The notes under the pieces: generated by a model
What the model saw: the letters and a program-made list of their open reading frames with translations, nothing else
Told to the model about the DNA's origin: nothing
The model's database searches: none
From: Octopus sinensis
Taxonomy: Eukaryota
DNA length: 64,000 bases
Assembly (NCBI RefSeq): GCF_006345805.1
Contig: NC_042999.1
Span: 101,060,001-101,124,000 of the forward strand
Direction: 5' to 3'
Translations under genes and position numbers: made by a program
Shown: in pieces, positions 12,135-24,952 of the stretch
How the letters are laid out: every line of letters begins with the position of its first letter
Numbering within the stretch: position 1 is the stretch's first letter

Positions 12135-12989
12135 CAGGCAGAAACAGTTAGGGAAGCCAAGGAAACAGTAACTAGAAGCCCCTCTGTGCCAGTGGTCCTA
12201 CAAAGGAATGGAGCCCTCACCTCATTGGACAACCAGAAGAAAAAAGTTCCCACCACATGAAAAGGAAGGATGGAACACAAACACAAACATAAAGAAGGAA
12301 AGGAAGAAAAAGGAAAAGGCAAAAATGAAACAACCAAAATCGAAACCCCAACCCACCAAACAAAAAAAAAAACCCCATGGAGGATCCAATGCCATCCAAA
12401 ACCCTACAGGAAGGAAGAAATTTGGAAGGCACTCAAGAACCTGCAAATTTTACCTGCAAGGCAAATGTTGGCATGAGGAAGACAACAAAAACTGCCGGTT
12501 TGTCCACCCAACACCCTGTCAAAACCACAGGGGCTTTAAGGAGAAAAACTTCCCTGAGGAAAGACAACAATTGTCTCAAAGGAAAAAATTTACAAAAGAA
12601 GTGCGCTCTTCAGAGGTTATGCGCAATGCAGCAGCTGAGCAAGAGTTTTTTCTGTACTAAGCACAAAAGATTGTGCAGTAGCTGACCTGGCTACACCAAG
12701 CACAAACAAGGAACCTTGCTCACCAGTGTGCAAGACCACCACAGTCAACAGACATGAGATGGCCTCCCCTAATGCCTGCACAGTTGTCACACCGATATTT
12801 TTACTAAATATTGGGGGCTTGTTGCAGCATTATAAAAGCAAAATTTCTTTCCTGAGAGATCTTGCTGCATGTAATCAACCCCTATGCATAGCACTCGTGG
12901 AAACTTACCTCAGCCCTGATATAGAGGATGCAGAAGTACACATACCAAAATATGCCATACTGCAAACAGACAATTGTTTGAAGTTATGA
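12135..12989 (+). mobile_element. 5' part of a non-LTR retrotransposon: frameshifted ORF1 with CCCH zinc finger plus the start of an ORF2 AP-endonuclease
   Basis: CKFYLQGKCWHEEDNKNCRFVH (C-x7-C-x8-C-x3-H, 12442-12507); LLNIGGL..KISFLRDL..IALVETYL.PDIEDAEVHIPKYAILQTD matches the APE N-terminus of CR1/L2-type LINEs. Confidence 0.75.
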
Positions 12990-13648
12990 AGCTACATTTA
13001 AAATGAATGGCTCAATTAATCAAAATTGTACCTACTTCAGACCTGAAAATCTGCATATTATGGAAGAAAGTTATGTTAATTTACCAAGAATTACAATATG
13101 GTACAGCTTATCATCAATAAGATTAATTGGACCATTCTTGTTCGATGGTACTGCACTAGTCATATTTACTTAAACTTATGACAATCTGTCAAGCCGAGTG
13201 TCCAGAGAACTTTGAAGATGTGGAGTTCATTTCTAACAAGATGGGGAACCCTCACATTACCATGATAATATCAAGGCCTACCTTGACGAGAAGTTGCTAA
13301 ACAGGTGGATTGTTCCAATAGAATACTCTCTGCATTCACCAGACCTCATACTACTAGACTTATTTTGTATGGGGTTACTCAAAAAGAAAAGTTTATGGTA
13401 CAAAACTTACAACAGTCAATAAATTGAGAACAACCATTGAAGAACACACACAAATACCAGGGAAATGTTTCTTGATGTTTGAAATTTCACTACAGTATCA
13501 GCAGTGCCTGGACCAGAATGGCCAATTTTTGGAAAACAGTCATTCATAAACAAATTAAATTCTGCTCGTAGACTGTATTAAATTTTGAAAATGAAATGTA
13601 TTTAATAACCACTGACTTTATAATAATTCAATGTGTGTATACCCTGTT
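12990..13648 (+). mobile_element. Tc1/mariner-superfamily transposase relic (3' half)
   Basis: Degenerate [38 protein letters not shown] and HSPDLILLD motifs with stops and frameshifts; ends ..ACCCTGT; begins where the LINE APE stops. Confidence 0.7.
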
Positions 13649-13698
13649 TGGAAGATACTCTGTATATGTATACATGCATATATGTGTATCTCTCTCTC

Positions 13699-13804
<106 letters not shown>

Positions 13805-14577
13805 GACACATGCAAATACACATAAAGAAACAGAAAGAATGAGAGAGAAAAATGAATGCAATGAAATATTAAAATAGAATAAGAAAAAAAAAAGGTAATG
13901 AATGTATTTAAGGTGGGTATGTAAGAAATGTTGCACTTATTGTATAAAGTCTTATAGCCACTTTCTTGAGATAAAAACTTTTTGTAGCATCATCTAATAA
14001 CAATGGATAGTCTCAGAAAATTAATCCTATTTAATACCCATCATACATTAAGAAATTTTCAACATCAATTTGTCAATTTCCATGGAAAATAATTTAAGTA
14101 CAGATATTACTTCTTACTTAATGTATTCATTGATGCAGTTACATTTACTGACAATTGCAAACATCCACAGAAACTCACACACATACAGAAGCAAACATTG
14201 AAACAATATGTCGTCTCTATTGGCTAGTTTAGAAATCAAATCTGCCATCATGGTTTAAACATACTCACCAACTGTACAAGTTATATCATGCCACTTTATC
14301 TGAACATAAGAAGCCATACACTACCACTCAAACAAGATGTAAATATCAATTATACGTGCAGATTCCTTTCAAAGAGAAATAATTAAATGGTGCCATGAAT
14401 TTTAAGATAATTACACCAAATGGATTGCAAGATGAATTACACTAAATCCTCAAAAATTTGTTCATTAAAAGAGAGCTTCATATATTAAGTATATTTTTAT
14501 TTCTTTGCTGCCCACAAGGGACTACACACAGAGGGGACGAACAAGGACAGAAAACGGATTAAGTCGATCATATTGAC

Positions 14578-15370
14578 GATAGTTGTGTGAAAAAGTGCCA
14601 CACCCTAGCGGTTGAGGGAACCTGTGGAAGAGGCAGACCCAGGAAAACCTGGGACGAGGTGGTGAAGCACGACCTTCGAACTTTAGGTCTCACTGAGGAA
14701 ATGACTAGAGACCAAGACCTCTGGAAGTGTGCTGTGCGCGAGAAGACCCGGCAGGACAAGTGAGTCCACAACCCGTGGCCTTCTACATGGGATGGAGCCA
14801 GCCTACGTATGCATACCTTCCCTTCTTGGGACACAAAACTCTACTTGTGAAGACGTGTTGAGGCAAGTGAGGATCAGAATCGAAATCGATCAATGGAAAT
14901 TGCGGATGTGCTACCAGTGCCGGTGGCATGTCGAAACTCTGCTTGTGAAGACCCATTGAGGCAAGTGAGGATCAGAATCGAAATCGATCAATGGAAATCG
15001 ATCAATGGAAATTGCAGATGTGTTACCAGTGCCGGTGGCATGTAAGAGAACTTTCCGTTTCGCGACCGTTGCCAGCACTGCCCCGTTTCGTGTCCGTTGC
15101 CAGCCTCGCCTGGCCCTCGTGCCGGTGGCACATAAAAAGCACCATCCGTTCGTGGCCGTTTGCCAGCTCTGTCTGGCACCAGTGCGGGTGGCACGTAAAA
15201 AGCACCCACTACACTCACGGAGTGGTTGGCATTAGGAAGGGCATCCAGCCGTAGAAACACTGCCAGATTTGACTGGGCCTGATGAAGCCTTCTGGCTTCA
15301 CAGACCCCAGTAGAACCGTCCAACCCATGCTAGCATGGAAAACGGACGCTAAATGATGATGATGATGATC
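14578..15370 (+). mobile_element. RTE-type LINE 3' end (ORF2 C-terminus, 3'UTR, (GAT)n tail)
   Basis: DSCVKKCHTLAVEGTCGRGRPRKTWDEVVKHDLRTLGL..*; internal ~95-110-bp tandem duplication at 14837-15043; GATGAT tail; abuts a SINE tail at 14505-14577. Confidence 0.8.
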
Positions 15371-15590
15371 ATGATCATTTATATAAAATTCTTGATAAAC
15401 TGAACGAAAGCAAATCAATTTATGTCATTGTAGTTGTTGTTTAGCCATTACCACCACAGGCCTACATTATCCATCTAATGCATCCTTCCTCTTTTTAAGA
15501 TGGAAGAATGGGATATGAGGAAGATCTTGCTATTAATTCTGGCAGTGAGTACATAAAGGCTTCCTTACCCAAGTAAAAGTAATAATGATG

Positions 15591-16470
15591 TCATCATCAT
15601 CATTGTTTAACGTCTGCTTTCCATGCTGGCATGGATTGGACAATTTGATTGAGGACTGGCAAACCAGGTGGCTGCACCAGGCTCCAATCTGAACTGGCAG
15701 AGTTTCTTCAGCTGGATGCCCTTCCTAATACCAACAACTCTGAGAGTGTAGTGGGTGCTTTTACATGCCACCAGCACAAGGGCCAGTCCAGCGGCACTGG
15801 CAACGACCTCGCTCAATTATTTTTTTTTCATGTGCCACTGACACAAGTTCTAGAAAGGCAATGCTGGTAACAATCACACTCGAATGGTGCTTTTTACGTG
15901 CCACCAGCATGGAAGCCTGTCAGCTGTTCTGGAAATGATCACACTCTGAGGGTGCTCTTAGTGCTCCATTAGCATGGATGCCAGTCATCAAATTTGATTT
16001 TGATTTCAATTTCATTTGCCTCAATAGGTCTTCACAAGCAGAGTTTAGTGTCCAATGAAGGAAAGGTACACATAAGTTGGGCTGGTTACACCCCTGACAT
16101 AGGCCATGGGTTATGGTCTCACTTGGCTTGCCAAGTCTTCTGAAGCACAGCATATCTCCAAAAGTCTCGGTCACTAATCACTGCCTTGGTGAGGCCTAAT
16201 GTTTGAAGGTCGTGCTTCATCACCTCGTCCCAGGCCTTCCTGGGTCTACCTCTTCCACACGTTCCCTCAACTGCTAGGGTGTGGCACTTTTTCACACAGT
16301 TATCCTCATCCATTCTCGCCACATGGCCATACCAGTGCAGTCGTCTCTTTTGCACACCACATCTGATGCTTTTTGGGTCCAACTTTTCTCTCAAGGTACT
16401 TACACTCTGTCAAGTATGCACACTGACATTACACATCCATCGGGTCATACAGGCTTCATTCCATTATTGG
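15591..16470 (-). mobile_element. RTE-type LINE 3' end, same family, opposite orientation
   Basis: ORF 16119-16394 RRLHWYGHVARMDEDNCVKKCHTLAVEGTCGRGRPRKAWDEV; (CAT)n tail at 15591-15605. Confidence 0.85.
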
Positions 16471-16489
16471 AATGACCATTATTATTACT

Positions 16490-16950
16490 AATATGATTGA
16501 GTCAGAGGACAGCACATGTCATAAAGAGACACTGGGGTACAAATATATGAAGCCCAATATACACTTCATGACTACCTATCTGATAAGGGTACATCAGGCA
16601 CATGTTCCACAACTATATGTGCATGACATGGTGACCTTATATCAAGATAAACAGTACATAATCTTGCAGGTGGGGCTCAGTAGAATTTTCTTCAGGTTGA
16701 GTAGCCCATCCCACTCAAAAGGTTCTTGAATAAGGGTTGTTTAAGGATATTGAATAAAACAACCATATTTCCAGAGGTGAACTATTCAAACCCCTAAAGA
16801 ATTCCTCTCAACACATAGCTATGATGCTCCCCCACTACTTCTGTCTGTGATCAGAGATGCACATATCATCAACAACCAAGGGACCTGCTCTACTGGTTAA
16901 GGTCAAGCAACTGACAAGAAAGTATGTGGTATTGAGCAGAATATTTGCTG
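16490..16950. repeat. Interspersed repeat of unknown class (~450 bp); second copy at 55785-56215
   Basis: Shared ATCAAGATAAAC..TTGCAGGTGGGG..CAAAAGGT..CTATGATGCTCCCCCACTAC..GATCAGAGA with 55785-56215. Confidence 0.7.
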
Positions 16951-17085
16951 TCACCCATCTTTTACACCAAGACAAAATATGTACAAGTTAACACTTCCAA
17001 TCAGTTAAAATCAGAAGCCATGAGAGCCATTGTCTGGTACTGCATCAGGGCATTTATTATTGTTATTATCATCATTATTATTATT

Positions 17086-17300
17086 AAGGGCAGCAAGCTG
17101 ACAAAATTGTTAGCATGCCAGGCAAAATGCATAGTGACATTTCATTTGTCTTTATGTTCTGGGTTCAAATTCCACCAAGGTTGACTTTGCCTTTCATCCT
17201 TTTGGGGTCGATGAAATAAGTACCAGTTGATTACTAGAGTCGGTGTAATCAACTCACCCATCCCCCCAAATTGCTGCCCTTGTGCCAAAATTTGAAATCA
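17086..17300 (+). mobile_element. tRNA-derived SINE with central GACTTTGCCTTTCATCCTTTTGGGGTCGAT block
   Basis: A-box-like GGCAGCAAGCTG, B-box GGGTTCAAATTCC; decayed relatives near 1-220, 19750-19920 and 23185-23330. Confidence 0.75.
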
Positions 17301-19655
17301 TTATTATTATCATCATCATTATTATTATCAAGGCAGCAGTTCAATACAAAAATTTACCTAACATGTAAATTTTCCATTTACGTTTTAGGTTTTAATCAGA
17401 ACAAGCAGCCATGTAGAGGTTTTTTCATTGGCTCACAGAAATACTGGTTATATACTGAGAATGTTTCAGCAGTGACTTTCACTTCTCTAGAAATGTGTGG
17501 TATTCTGCCAATGTGAGAAATTGTTATAATCATTACGATAATAACCAATCTACTGCTGGGAACAATGTGCTAGTTATAATACTCTAATACAGTGAAATGT
17601 ATACTGTGTAGCAGCCAAAATTTATATGATTTGGACATTAAGTTTATCCTATTTCATCTCAATAATTAATAATACTATTGTTTTAATAGCTTCTGCACTG
17701 TTGTGAGTTTTCTTTTAGCCATAGCTGTAGTCTTCTTATTTGGAAAGATTTCCTTGACATTGGGATTTTCCTCTTAAAGGATGCATTGTATCTGATGCCA
17801 ATAGCATTTATATTATAAATATGAGAATAAATAATTTGTAATTAAACTTATGGGATAGGTGAAACAATAATCCTCTAGATACTCCATTAAAAGAGCCATC
17901 TCCAGGTTAATGACATAAAAAGACATAAATGGTGAAGCCTCTAAGCAAACAATATTTTAACTGTCTTCTGACAATGAGCAAAGAGAGGCATGTATATGAC
18001 CTTATAACATCCTCTTATATCCAATATAGTGAAGGTGGGGAAGATATGAATAATATAAGTAATATAACAGAAGCCTAGGGAGTAAATAGTTACTGTAAGG
18101 AAGCTTGTGTATACTCCAAAGGAAATTATCTAAAACAATATTATGAAAGCTATTCAAAATTTATTCTACTGTAAACCATGAATCTACCATAGTTATAAGA
18201 ACAAGATGTTGAAACTACTGTAGGTTAAGAAATCTTCTGTATGTACAAATAGTTGTTATTGTTGTTTTTCCTCTTCTCCCATCAGCCCTGATCAATTAGA
18301 TCTTTGACCAAAGAATGACTGTTATCTTTTTTATAATGCATATAATGAAAAGACAGTCATTTCAAACTGAAATGAGGTGTTGTATTTATGTTTGACTGAG
18401 TTGTCTCACCTTATGCAAATATCCAATGATGAAATAAATAGCAAATATAAGAGCCAATATATTTGGCTACAAATCTTGATGGTAAAGCCCCAGTATGACT
18501 GAAGTCCAGTATGACTGAAACTAGTAAAAGAATTTAAAATGGAGAAATCTATTTTGATTACATTATCCAATGACTGACTTTTTTTTCTTTTTTTAACATA
18601 GCAGATGGTGATTTGAAGTTGCTATTGAACACACTTATGATCAAAGTGGTTCCAGTTGTAACTATCCTGTCTTTATTATATATCTGTCTGTATGTGTGTT
18701 TAGTGTTTGAATGATTAGATGTAGGAATTCTGAAAAGTCCCTACTATTCAAAGAGCATTTTTGTTTTCTCCCTTTCTTATCAAAAATTTATTTTTACCAA
18801 TTTTATTATCCAATTTTTTCCCCTTGTAGGATGCAAAATAATCAATTCTAACATTAAGTATTTATTTCTTGAAAACAAAATTACTAAATCTTTCATTTGT
18901 ATATATATTTTTTAACTCTTTCAAAACCAAGCCACCTGAGTCCACCACCAGTTCCGATGAAAAACTTTTCATTTTAAAGTGTTTAATTTGAAACCTTCAG
19001 CCATAAATGTATATGTAAGGCCTGTTTTGTTATGTTCCAAACAGCAACTTAACACTGGGCTGGTTGGCTGCTTCATGAAATCTCTCCAAATTTTTTATTA
19101 TTTTAAAAATTAATTGACATGGTGCATTTTGCTAAAAACAGGGTTACAAAATATTTAACTATATAAATTAGGTTCATCAATTTACCTCATTAATTAGTCA
19201 AGTTAGGAAGAAAAAATCAATGTTATTAGCTTAACATACAGGTAGGCAATGATGCAGTTTGCATTTGTTTTAGTCACATGTGAATGTCTTTTTAGGGAAA
19301 TTTTCTCTTTGGGGAATAAACCTTTGGCTTTCTAGAATTTATATTTTCACAAGGTCTCAGTCCAATGTTTCACTTCTGTTTATAGCCATGTATCAAATAA
19401 ATAATTTATTCATTTATTAGCATAGTAAATAATACCCAGCATAAAAAAGGGGCAAAATAATAAATTTCTAAACACATTTAAAAGAAACTTCTAATGAAAC
19501 AATTGCTAATTCTATTAATAAGTGTTATATGAAGAACAATTTAAAATGTTATTGTTTTCCAAGTGAAGCAATTTAGTGCACAGCTGGGAATTGATGTGAG
19601 TTGTTTACTCAGCATATTAGATTTACTTTTTTGCACCATTCTACCACTCTAAGAT

Positions 19656-19701
<46 letters not shown>

Positions 19702-20221
19702 CTCATTCCCCTCACACACACACACACACACATTTATTTATCTTTTCTACTGCTGACCAGAATCATGAGAATTTTGAGCAAACTGCTTCATGGTTTGCTT
19801 TTTATATTCTGAGTTCAAATCCCATCAAGGTCAACATTGCTTTCATTTTTCAACAAATGAAATAAAACTGATTCCTCCACCAAATGTGTGGCCTCGTGTT
19901 TTTGTTGAGAAAATGTTCTCAGCCTGACACATGATAGCTAACTGTATAAATTGCAATATAAGCAACCTGCTTATGGTGTAAAAGGCGAAATAGTGGTTCA
20001 GCTGGTATGGTTTGATGGGACAAAATATCATCATCCAAAAGGCATTCAAATTGTAATCATAGCAATTAACTGTTCAGTATATTTAGGCATTTTAAGGTGG
20101 CACTGTGACATTTGATGGAGATTTGACTGTTATTTCTAGCAGGATGAGCAACGAAACAAAAGCTTCTTCATTGGTACTGATATTTAGTTTGCATATATAT
20201 TATATATATATATATATATAA

Positions 20222-20355
20222 CGGGCTTCTTTCAGTTTCCGTCTACCAAATCCATTCACAAGACTTTGGTCTATCCGAGGCTATAGTAGAAGACACTTGC
20301 CCAAGATGTCATGCAGTGGGACTGAACCCAGAACCATGTGGTTAGGAAGCAAGGA
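20222..20355 (-). mobile_element. 5' half of tRNA-head SINE (7703 family)
   Basis: GGCTTCTTTCAGTTTCCGTCTACCAAATCC..GACACTTGCCCAAG..GGACTGAACCCAGAACCATGTGG. Confidence 0.75.
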
Positions 20356-20662
20356 CTATAAACCAACAAAATGTAATCAATACAAAAAGAAAAAGTGATA
20401 TTGTCAAATTTCTAAAACTGCTGAAATTGAATTAGGTTGAACACATTCAAAGCAGAATCACAAGAGGTAGATGGAAAACAGATAGAGTGGTTTCTAAGAT
20501 ATCACAAAAACAAAAGAAAAAGAAGAAAAAGCAGAGGATGACAAAAAAGATGGCGGAATGAAGTGACAAAAGTTGGAGATTTTAGTCAAATCAATCCAAA
20601 AATAAAATAGAAACGTTGTTCTTAAATCTCTCAACAAGAGATATTCAGTAGCAGCATTTTAA

Positions 20663-21272
20663 AGTAACAATTTTTTTACCAAGCTAATGTGACAGTCCCA
20701 TTGCAGGGCAAATGTTACTGTTGTTTAGCCCAAGGAGACATCATCTCCAACTAGCTATACGACACATGATCTGTGTCCTTATATTTTCGAACAGGGGAGG
20801 TTAGCAACCCTACCCAGCACAAAGCAGTATCTGTGGACCATACAGTTTCAGGGTCATTTCCCTTTGTCAGCACAGAATAACTCTTTGGCTGTGGCAAAAG
20901 ATCATTACTTTAATGTGCTGCTACTGAATATCTCTTATTGAGAGATTTGGGAACAACAATGTTTCTATTTTATTAGATCAGTGACTGTGAATTACTTAGA
21001 AAATTATATATATTTTCAAACAGGTGTTTAGCAGTGCCATCTCAGCTGAAGAGTTATTCTGTGTCGATGAAGGGAAATAATCCTGAAGTCATACGATCCA
21101 CAGATACTGCTTTGTGCTGGGTGGGGGTGCTAACCTCCCCTGCTGGAAAATATAAGGTCACAGATCATGTGCAATATAGCCAGCTCGAGAAGATGTCTCC
21201 TGGGGCTAAACAACAGTAGCATTCACCCCAAAATGAGACTGCCACATTTAGGTTGGCAAAAAATTGTTACTA
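20663..21272. mobile_element. MITE-like foldback, ~220-bp imperfect TIRs around a ~165-bp spacer
   Basis: 20663-20884 is roughly 80% reverse complement of 21050-21272 (e.g. CCCAGCACAAAGCAGTATCTGTGGA / TCCACAGATACTGCTTTGTGCTGGG). Confidence 0.7.
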
Positions 21273-21275
21273 CTC

Positions 21276-21308
<33 letters not shown>

Positions 21309-21562
21309 TCTGCATCGAGTCAAAAGCGGGATGGACGCTTCGATTTCATGTTGGTGCCCCACTCTGTCGTATGCGACTATGAGGATTTGCATCCCCAACG
21401 TAAAACTTTTAATGTAATATATGTCCTTGAAGTAGTAATTGTACGCGGCTGAAGAAGGCCATAGACACACATTTACATCAATTATGCATTGTTATAAAAC
21501 TGTCTAATAAAGGCCCGAAACATATGTACCGCTAAATCCTTTGAATCATGTTTTTATTTTGA

Positions 21563-21565
<3 letters not shown>
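21309..21565 (+). mobile_element. PLE-like terminal repeat (family W) flanked by (TA)n on both sides
   Basis: CpG-rich island between TA tracts carrying the intact HHR below. Confidence 0.6.
21445..21532 (+). ncRNA. Minimal type-I HHR, intact core, extended stem II
   Basis: GCGG-CTGAAGA-A-GGCC..TAGACA[33-nt loop]TGTCTA..GGCC-C-GAAAC-ATAT-GT-A-CCGC; palindromic ACATATGT stem III; GUA triplet. Confidence 0.8.
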
Positions 21566-21611
<46 letters not shown>

Positions 21612-21612
<1 letters not shown>

Positions 21613-21818
21613 AGAGATGTATTTGCATAGCAAGTGACCTGATCTGCTGGAACGAAAACAATTGCAGCGTGGAAGGTGTTTATAAGCCATTTAAAAAACA
21701 CACAAAAACCATTAGATTCACTTCAACATTTAAATTTAATTTGTCAAAATATTTACGGCGCTTTGAGACCACGACCTGTTCACTGACAAAATTCTGTGCT
21801 GCATCATTTATATATATA
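21612..21818 (-). mobile_element. PLE-like terminal repeat (family V), TA-flanked
   Basis: Carries the HHR variant at 21743-21787; its 3' end faces family W across one (TA)n tract. Confidence 0.55.
21743..21787 (-). ncRNA. HHR-like motif with G3:C8 swapped core (this copy reads GTAAA, not GAAA)
   Basis: GTCA-GTGAACA-G-GTCGT[GGTCTCAAA]GCGCC-GTAAA-TATT-T-TGAC: stem I GTCA/TGAC, palindromic AAATATTT stem III. Confidence 0.55.
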
Positions 21819-23676
21819 AATAAAGAAGAAAAAACACAACAAAAAGAAATCATCTTTTCTAAATAGTTGGAAAGTAATGACTTATTTGATTTACTGATAT
21901 GTATTTTGTTCCCAACCTATTACAGACAGGAAGCCATGCTCTGCCTGTTCTCTAGAAAAATTATTTCTTACATGTCAAAGAGGGAGCATTCATATTGTCA
22001 TTCACCTTCCAAGAAGCATAGATACATAATGCCCAAAAGGACAGGAAGGTTATACATGGAATGTCTTTGGCCGTGGGTCTGCTTGGTTATAGTTGGCAAG
22101 AGGCAAAATAACAGCAAGCCTTTACCCTTCACAGATTCTTCTATTAAAACAAATTTCACAGATTATTGTCATTTCCAGTGAGATGTTAAAAAATCTCCTG
22201 CATTCACTGTCCAAATTTAGTAGGTTTATAACATTAGATCATTGACTCTAACACTGGCATTCTCACATACTGTCAGAGAGTATAGTTTAGCAGCAAAAAT
22301 TTTCCCATGGATGCAATTTATATACTTGAATTTCACTCATTTAACTACCCTGGGTTATTTAATAGCAAGAAGCTTTTACTTCAATTGCAGAGAACTGTAC
22401 TGTATCACTTAATATAATTGTGCCACATTGCAACACACAGTGGCATGAAATCATATTATATGAACTAGTCATACAGCAGTATTACACCAAAATGACTACC
22501 TTCTTTCTGCATAGGGAACTATCACCAACAATCCAATAACACAATTGTCATGTAAGCCATGACAATCTCTTAACAAACAATATATCATGTACAACTTACA
22601 ACTAATAAAAGTTATTTCAACTTCTGATAGAATTGATCATTTATTACAATTCGAAACATGCACAAGTCATGACATTGGCAATAAATAATAACACACAGTA
22701 AGATACAAAATCCATAATATGACAAAACAAGTTCACTATACATCAAACAAAGATGGAATTTCTCAACATTTTTCATCAAATATGGATTGCTGTCTCTAAA
22801 TCCCCACTAATCATAGTCCCTACTCTGATAATATCATCTACATAATATTGTTTAATGCAATATTGCTGAATAATTTTCATAGCTGGTTAAATGTTTTATT
22901 GATTTTGTAATGGAATTAGGTTTGAGTTTCTCATCTCAACTTGTTTACTCATTGGTGACATTAATTCAAGTATCATATTGCTACATTGCTGTCATGAATA
23001 AAGTGACTATTGCTATTTCAATGCAACAGCTATTTCTTCATTTTTCCTCACAATATAATCGCAGAACCTATACTTAGAAACCAGTGCATAAAAGAGCGCC
23101 TATACTTAGTAGCCTGTATAAAAAAGAGAGCCTATACATATTAGCCTATGCATTATGCATAAGCCAACACAATATTGATTTCTAACTTAGGCAATGAATT
23201 TGATGGAGAGCGGGCACAGTCAGTTTATACTAAGCTAGTATATATGGGGCTTAATTTATCAATCTTAGAAGGATGAAAAGCAAAGTCAACTTGCCCCAGC
23301 AAGATTTGAACTTGAAAACTAAAACAATAGAATAATAAACCGAGTAAAAATTGATATCATCTGTTTACTTATTTCTTTATTTGTTGGAGGTTGATAACCT
23401 CATCTTTCATATTGCTGTATGCTTTATAAGGAAGAGACCATCTGAAATTCAGTATAAATAGAAATACAGAAGATAAATTGAATAATTTGGAAAAAGCACC
23501 ATTCTACTCATGCAATAACTTATGTGGAAAAATATATGGTATTTTATTCATATCTGAGATCATTTAATGTTGTCAGCCCTTCTACACTATATATCAATAT
23601 TCAGGAGAGCAGAAAAAAGTGTTTCCCTATGGTCATTCTCTCTACACAATATAGCAGTTAAATTCACCTCAATATA

Positions 23677-24952
23677 TTGGGTCATCCCACAAATAATGCA
23701 GATTTTTATACTTCTTTTAATTTTCAAAATTAAGAAAATAAGTTCTTTTTTAATCAAAAATATACTCTCCTTCATTTCCTACAATACTCTTCCATCTATC
23801 TGGCAGACTTGCAAGGCCCCTCTTTCAAAATTCACTTGCCCATCATAAAAAATACTCTTCTAGTATTGGTCTGGCCTCATCTACAGAATTCATTTTTTTC
23901 TGTCCAAACGATTTTGAAGACTGCGGAATAAATGATAATCAGATGGGGCAACGTCTGGTGAATATGGTAGGTGGGGCATCGTTTTCCATTCAAACTGCTC
24001 CAGCCTTTGGAATGTCATCCTTGCTGTATGAGGCCAAGCATTATCCAGATGAAAGAACATCTTTTGTCTTGAAACCAAAGGTGGTCATTTTTCTTCTAGC
24101 ACTGACTTAAGCTGTTAAAGCTGCTCACAGTAGATCTCCTTTGTTATCATTTGGCTTGGGTTTAAAAGTTCAAAGTGGACTAAACCTTTCATATCCCACC
24201 AAACAGATAATAATACCTTACATGAGTGAAGACCTGGGGTGCTGATGTTTCTCCTTTCCCTACCCACTGTCTTCGGTGTTTGACATTTTTATAGAGTACC
24301 CATTTCTGTCACCAATCACTATTTGGTCAAAAAAAGATTCATTCATGAGACATGACAGCAAAGAAGTGTACACATTTACTCTCAGTATGCAATTAGACTT
24401 GTAAAGTTTGTGAGGAACCCATTGACCCAATTTGCTAACTTTTCTGATGGCACACAGGTGTCGATGAATGGTTGAATGACCAAATCTAAGCTTCTTTGCT
24501 AGTTCCTCAACAGTTATGATGGTATTTTATTCCACCAGGGTTTGCAGGACAACCTTATCAAGCTCTACAGGACATCCTTATCAAGCTCATCTTCTAGGCT
24601 GTAGTTTCTGGCTCAGAATGTTTGGAACCACTGTTGACACTGGCTTACACTTATTGTCCAATCTCCATATACTGCATTAATATTCCTCACACTTTCCATT
24701 GCATTGCTGCCTTTATTGAACTCATAAAGCAATATATGTCGAATATGGTCCTTTGTCACTTCCATTATAGCTTTAAAAAAATAAATGTTAAAATTGAACT
24801 GCACTCTTCAAAACTTGCACTAAGAATAAGGACAAGGTAAAATTACTACCTGCTTTTATAGCAAGTTGATGCAGGTAGTTTATCTCATCCCCCTCCTGAC
24901 TTTTAGTTCATGCAATTTTAAAAAAAAACACATTATTCATGGGATGACTCAA
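23677..24952 (-). mobile_element. Full-length decayed mariner (DD34D-type) transposon, 1276 bp
   Basis: TIRs TTGGGTCATCCCACAAATAATG / CATTATTCATGGGATGACTCAA with TA target duplications; N-terminal HIRHILLYEFNKG..ESVRNINAVYG and catalytic HLDNAWPH..PHLPYSPDVAPSDYHLFRSLQN. Confidence 0.92.

Noticed and set aside
21042-21086. TCAG-CTGAAGA..GAAA-TAATC-CTGA in a MITE arm
   Set aside because: No stem II, and it is not conserved in the opposite arm.
21972-22140. Minus-strand segment with a good AG acceptor and GTAAGA donor
   Set aside because: Stops in all three frames and no TULP4 similarity; a non-coding exon cannot be excluded without RNA data.
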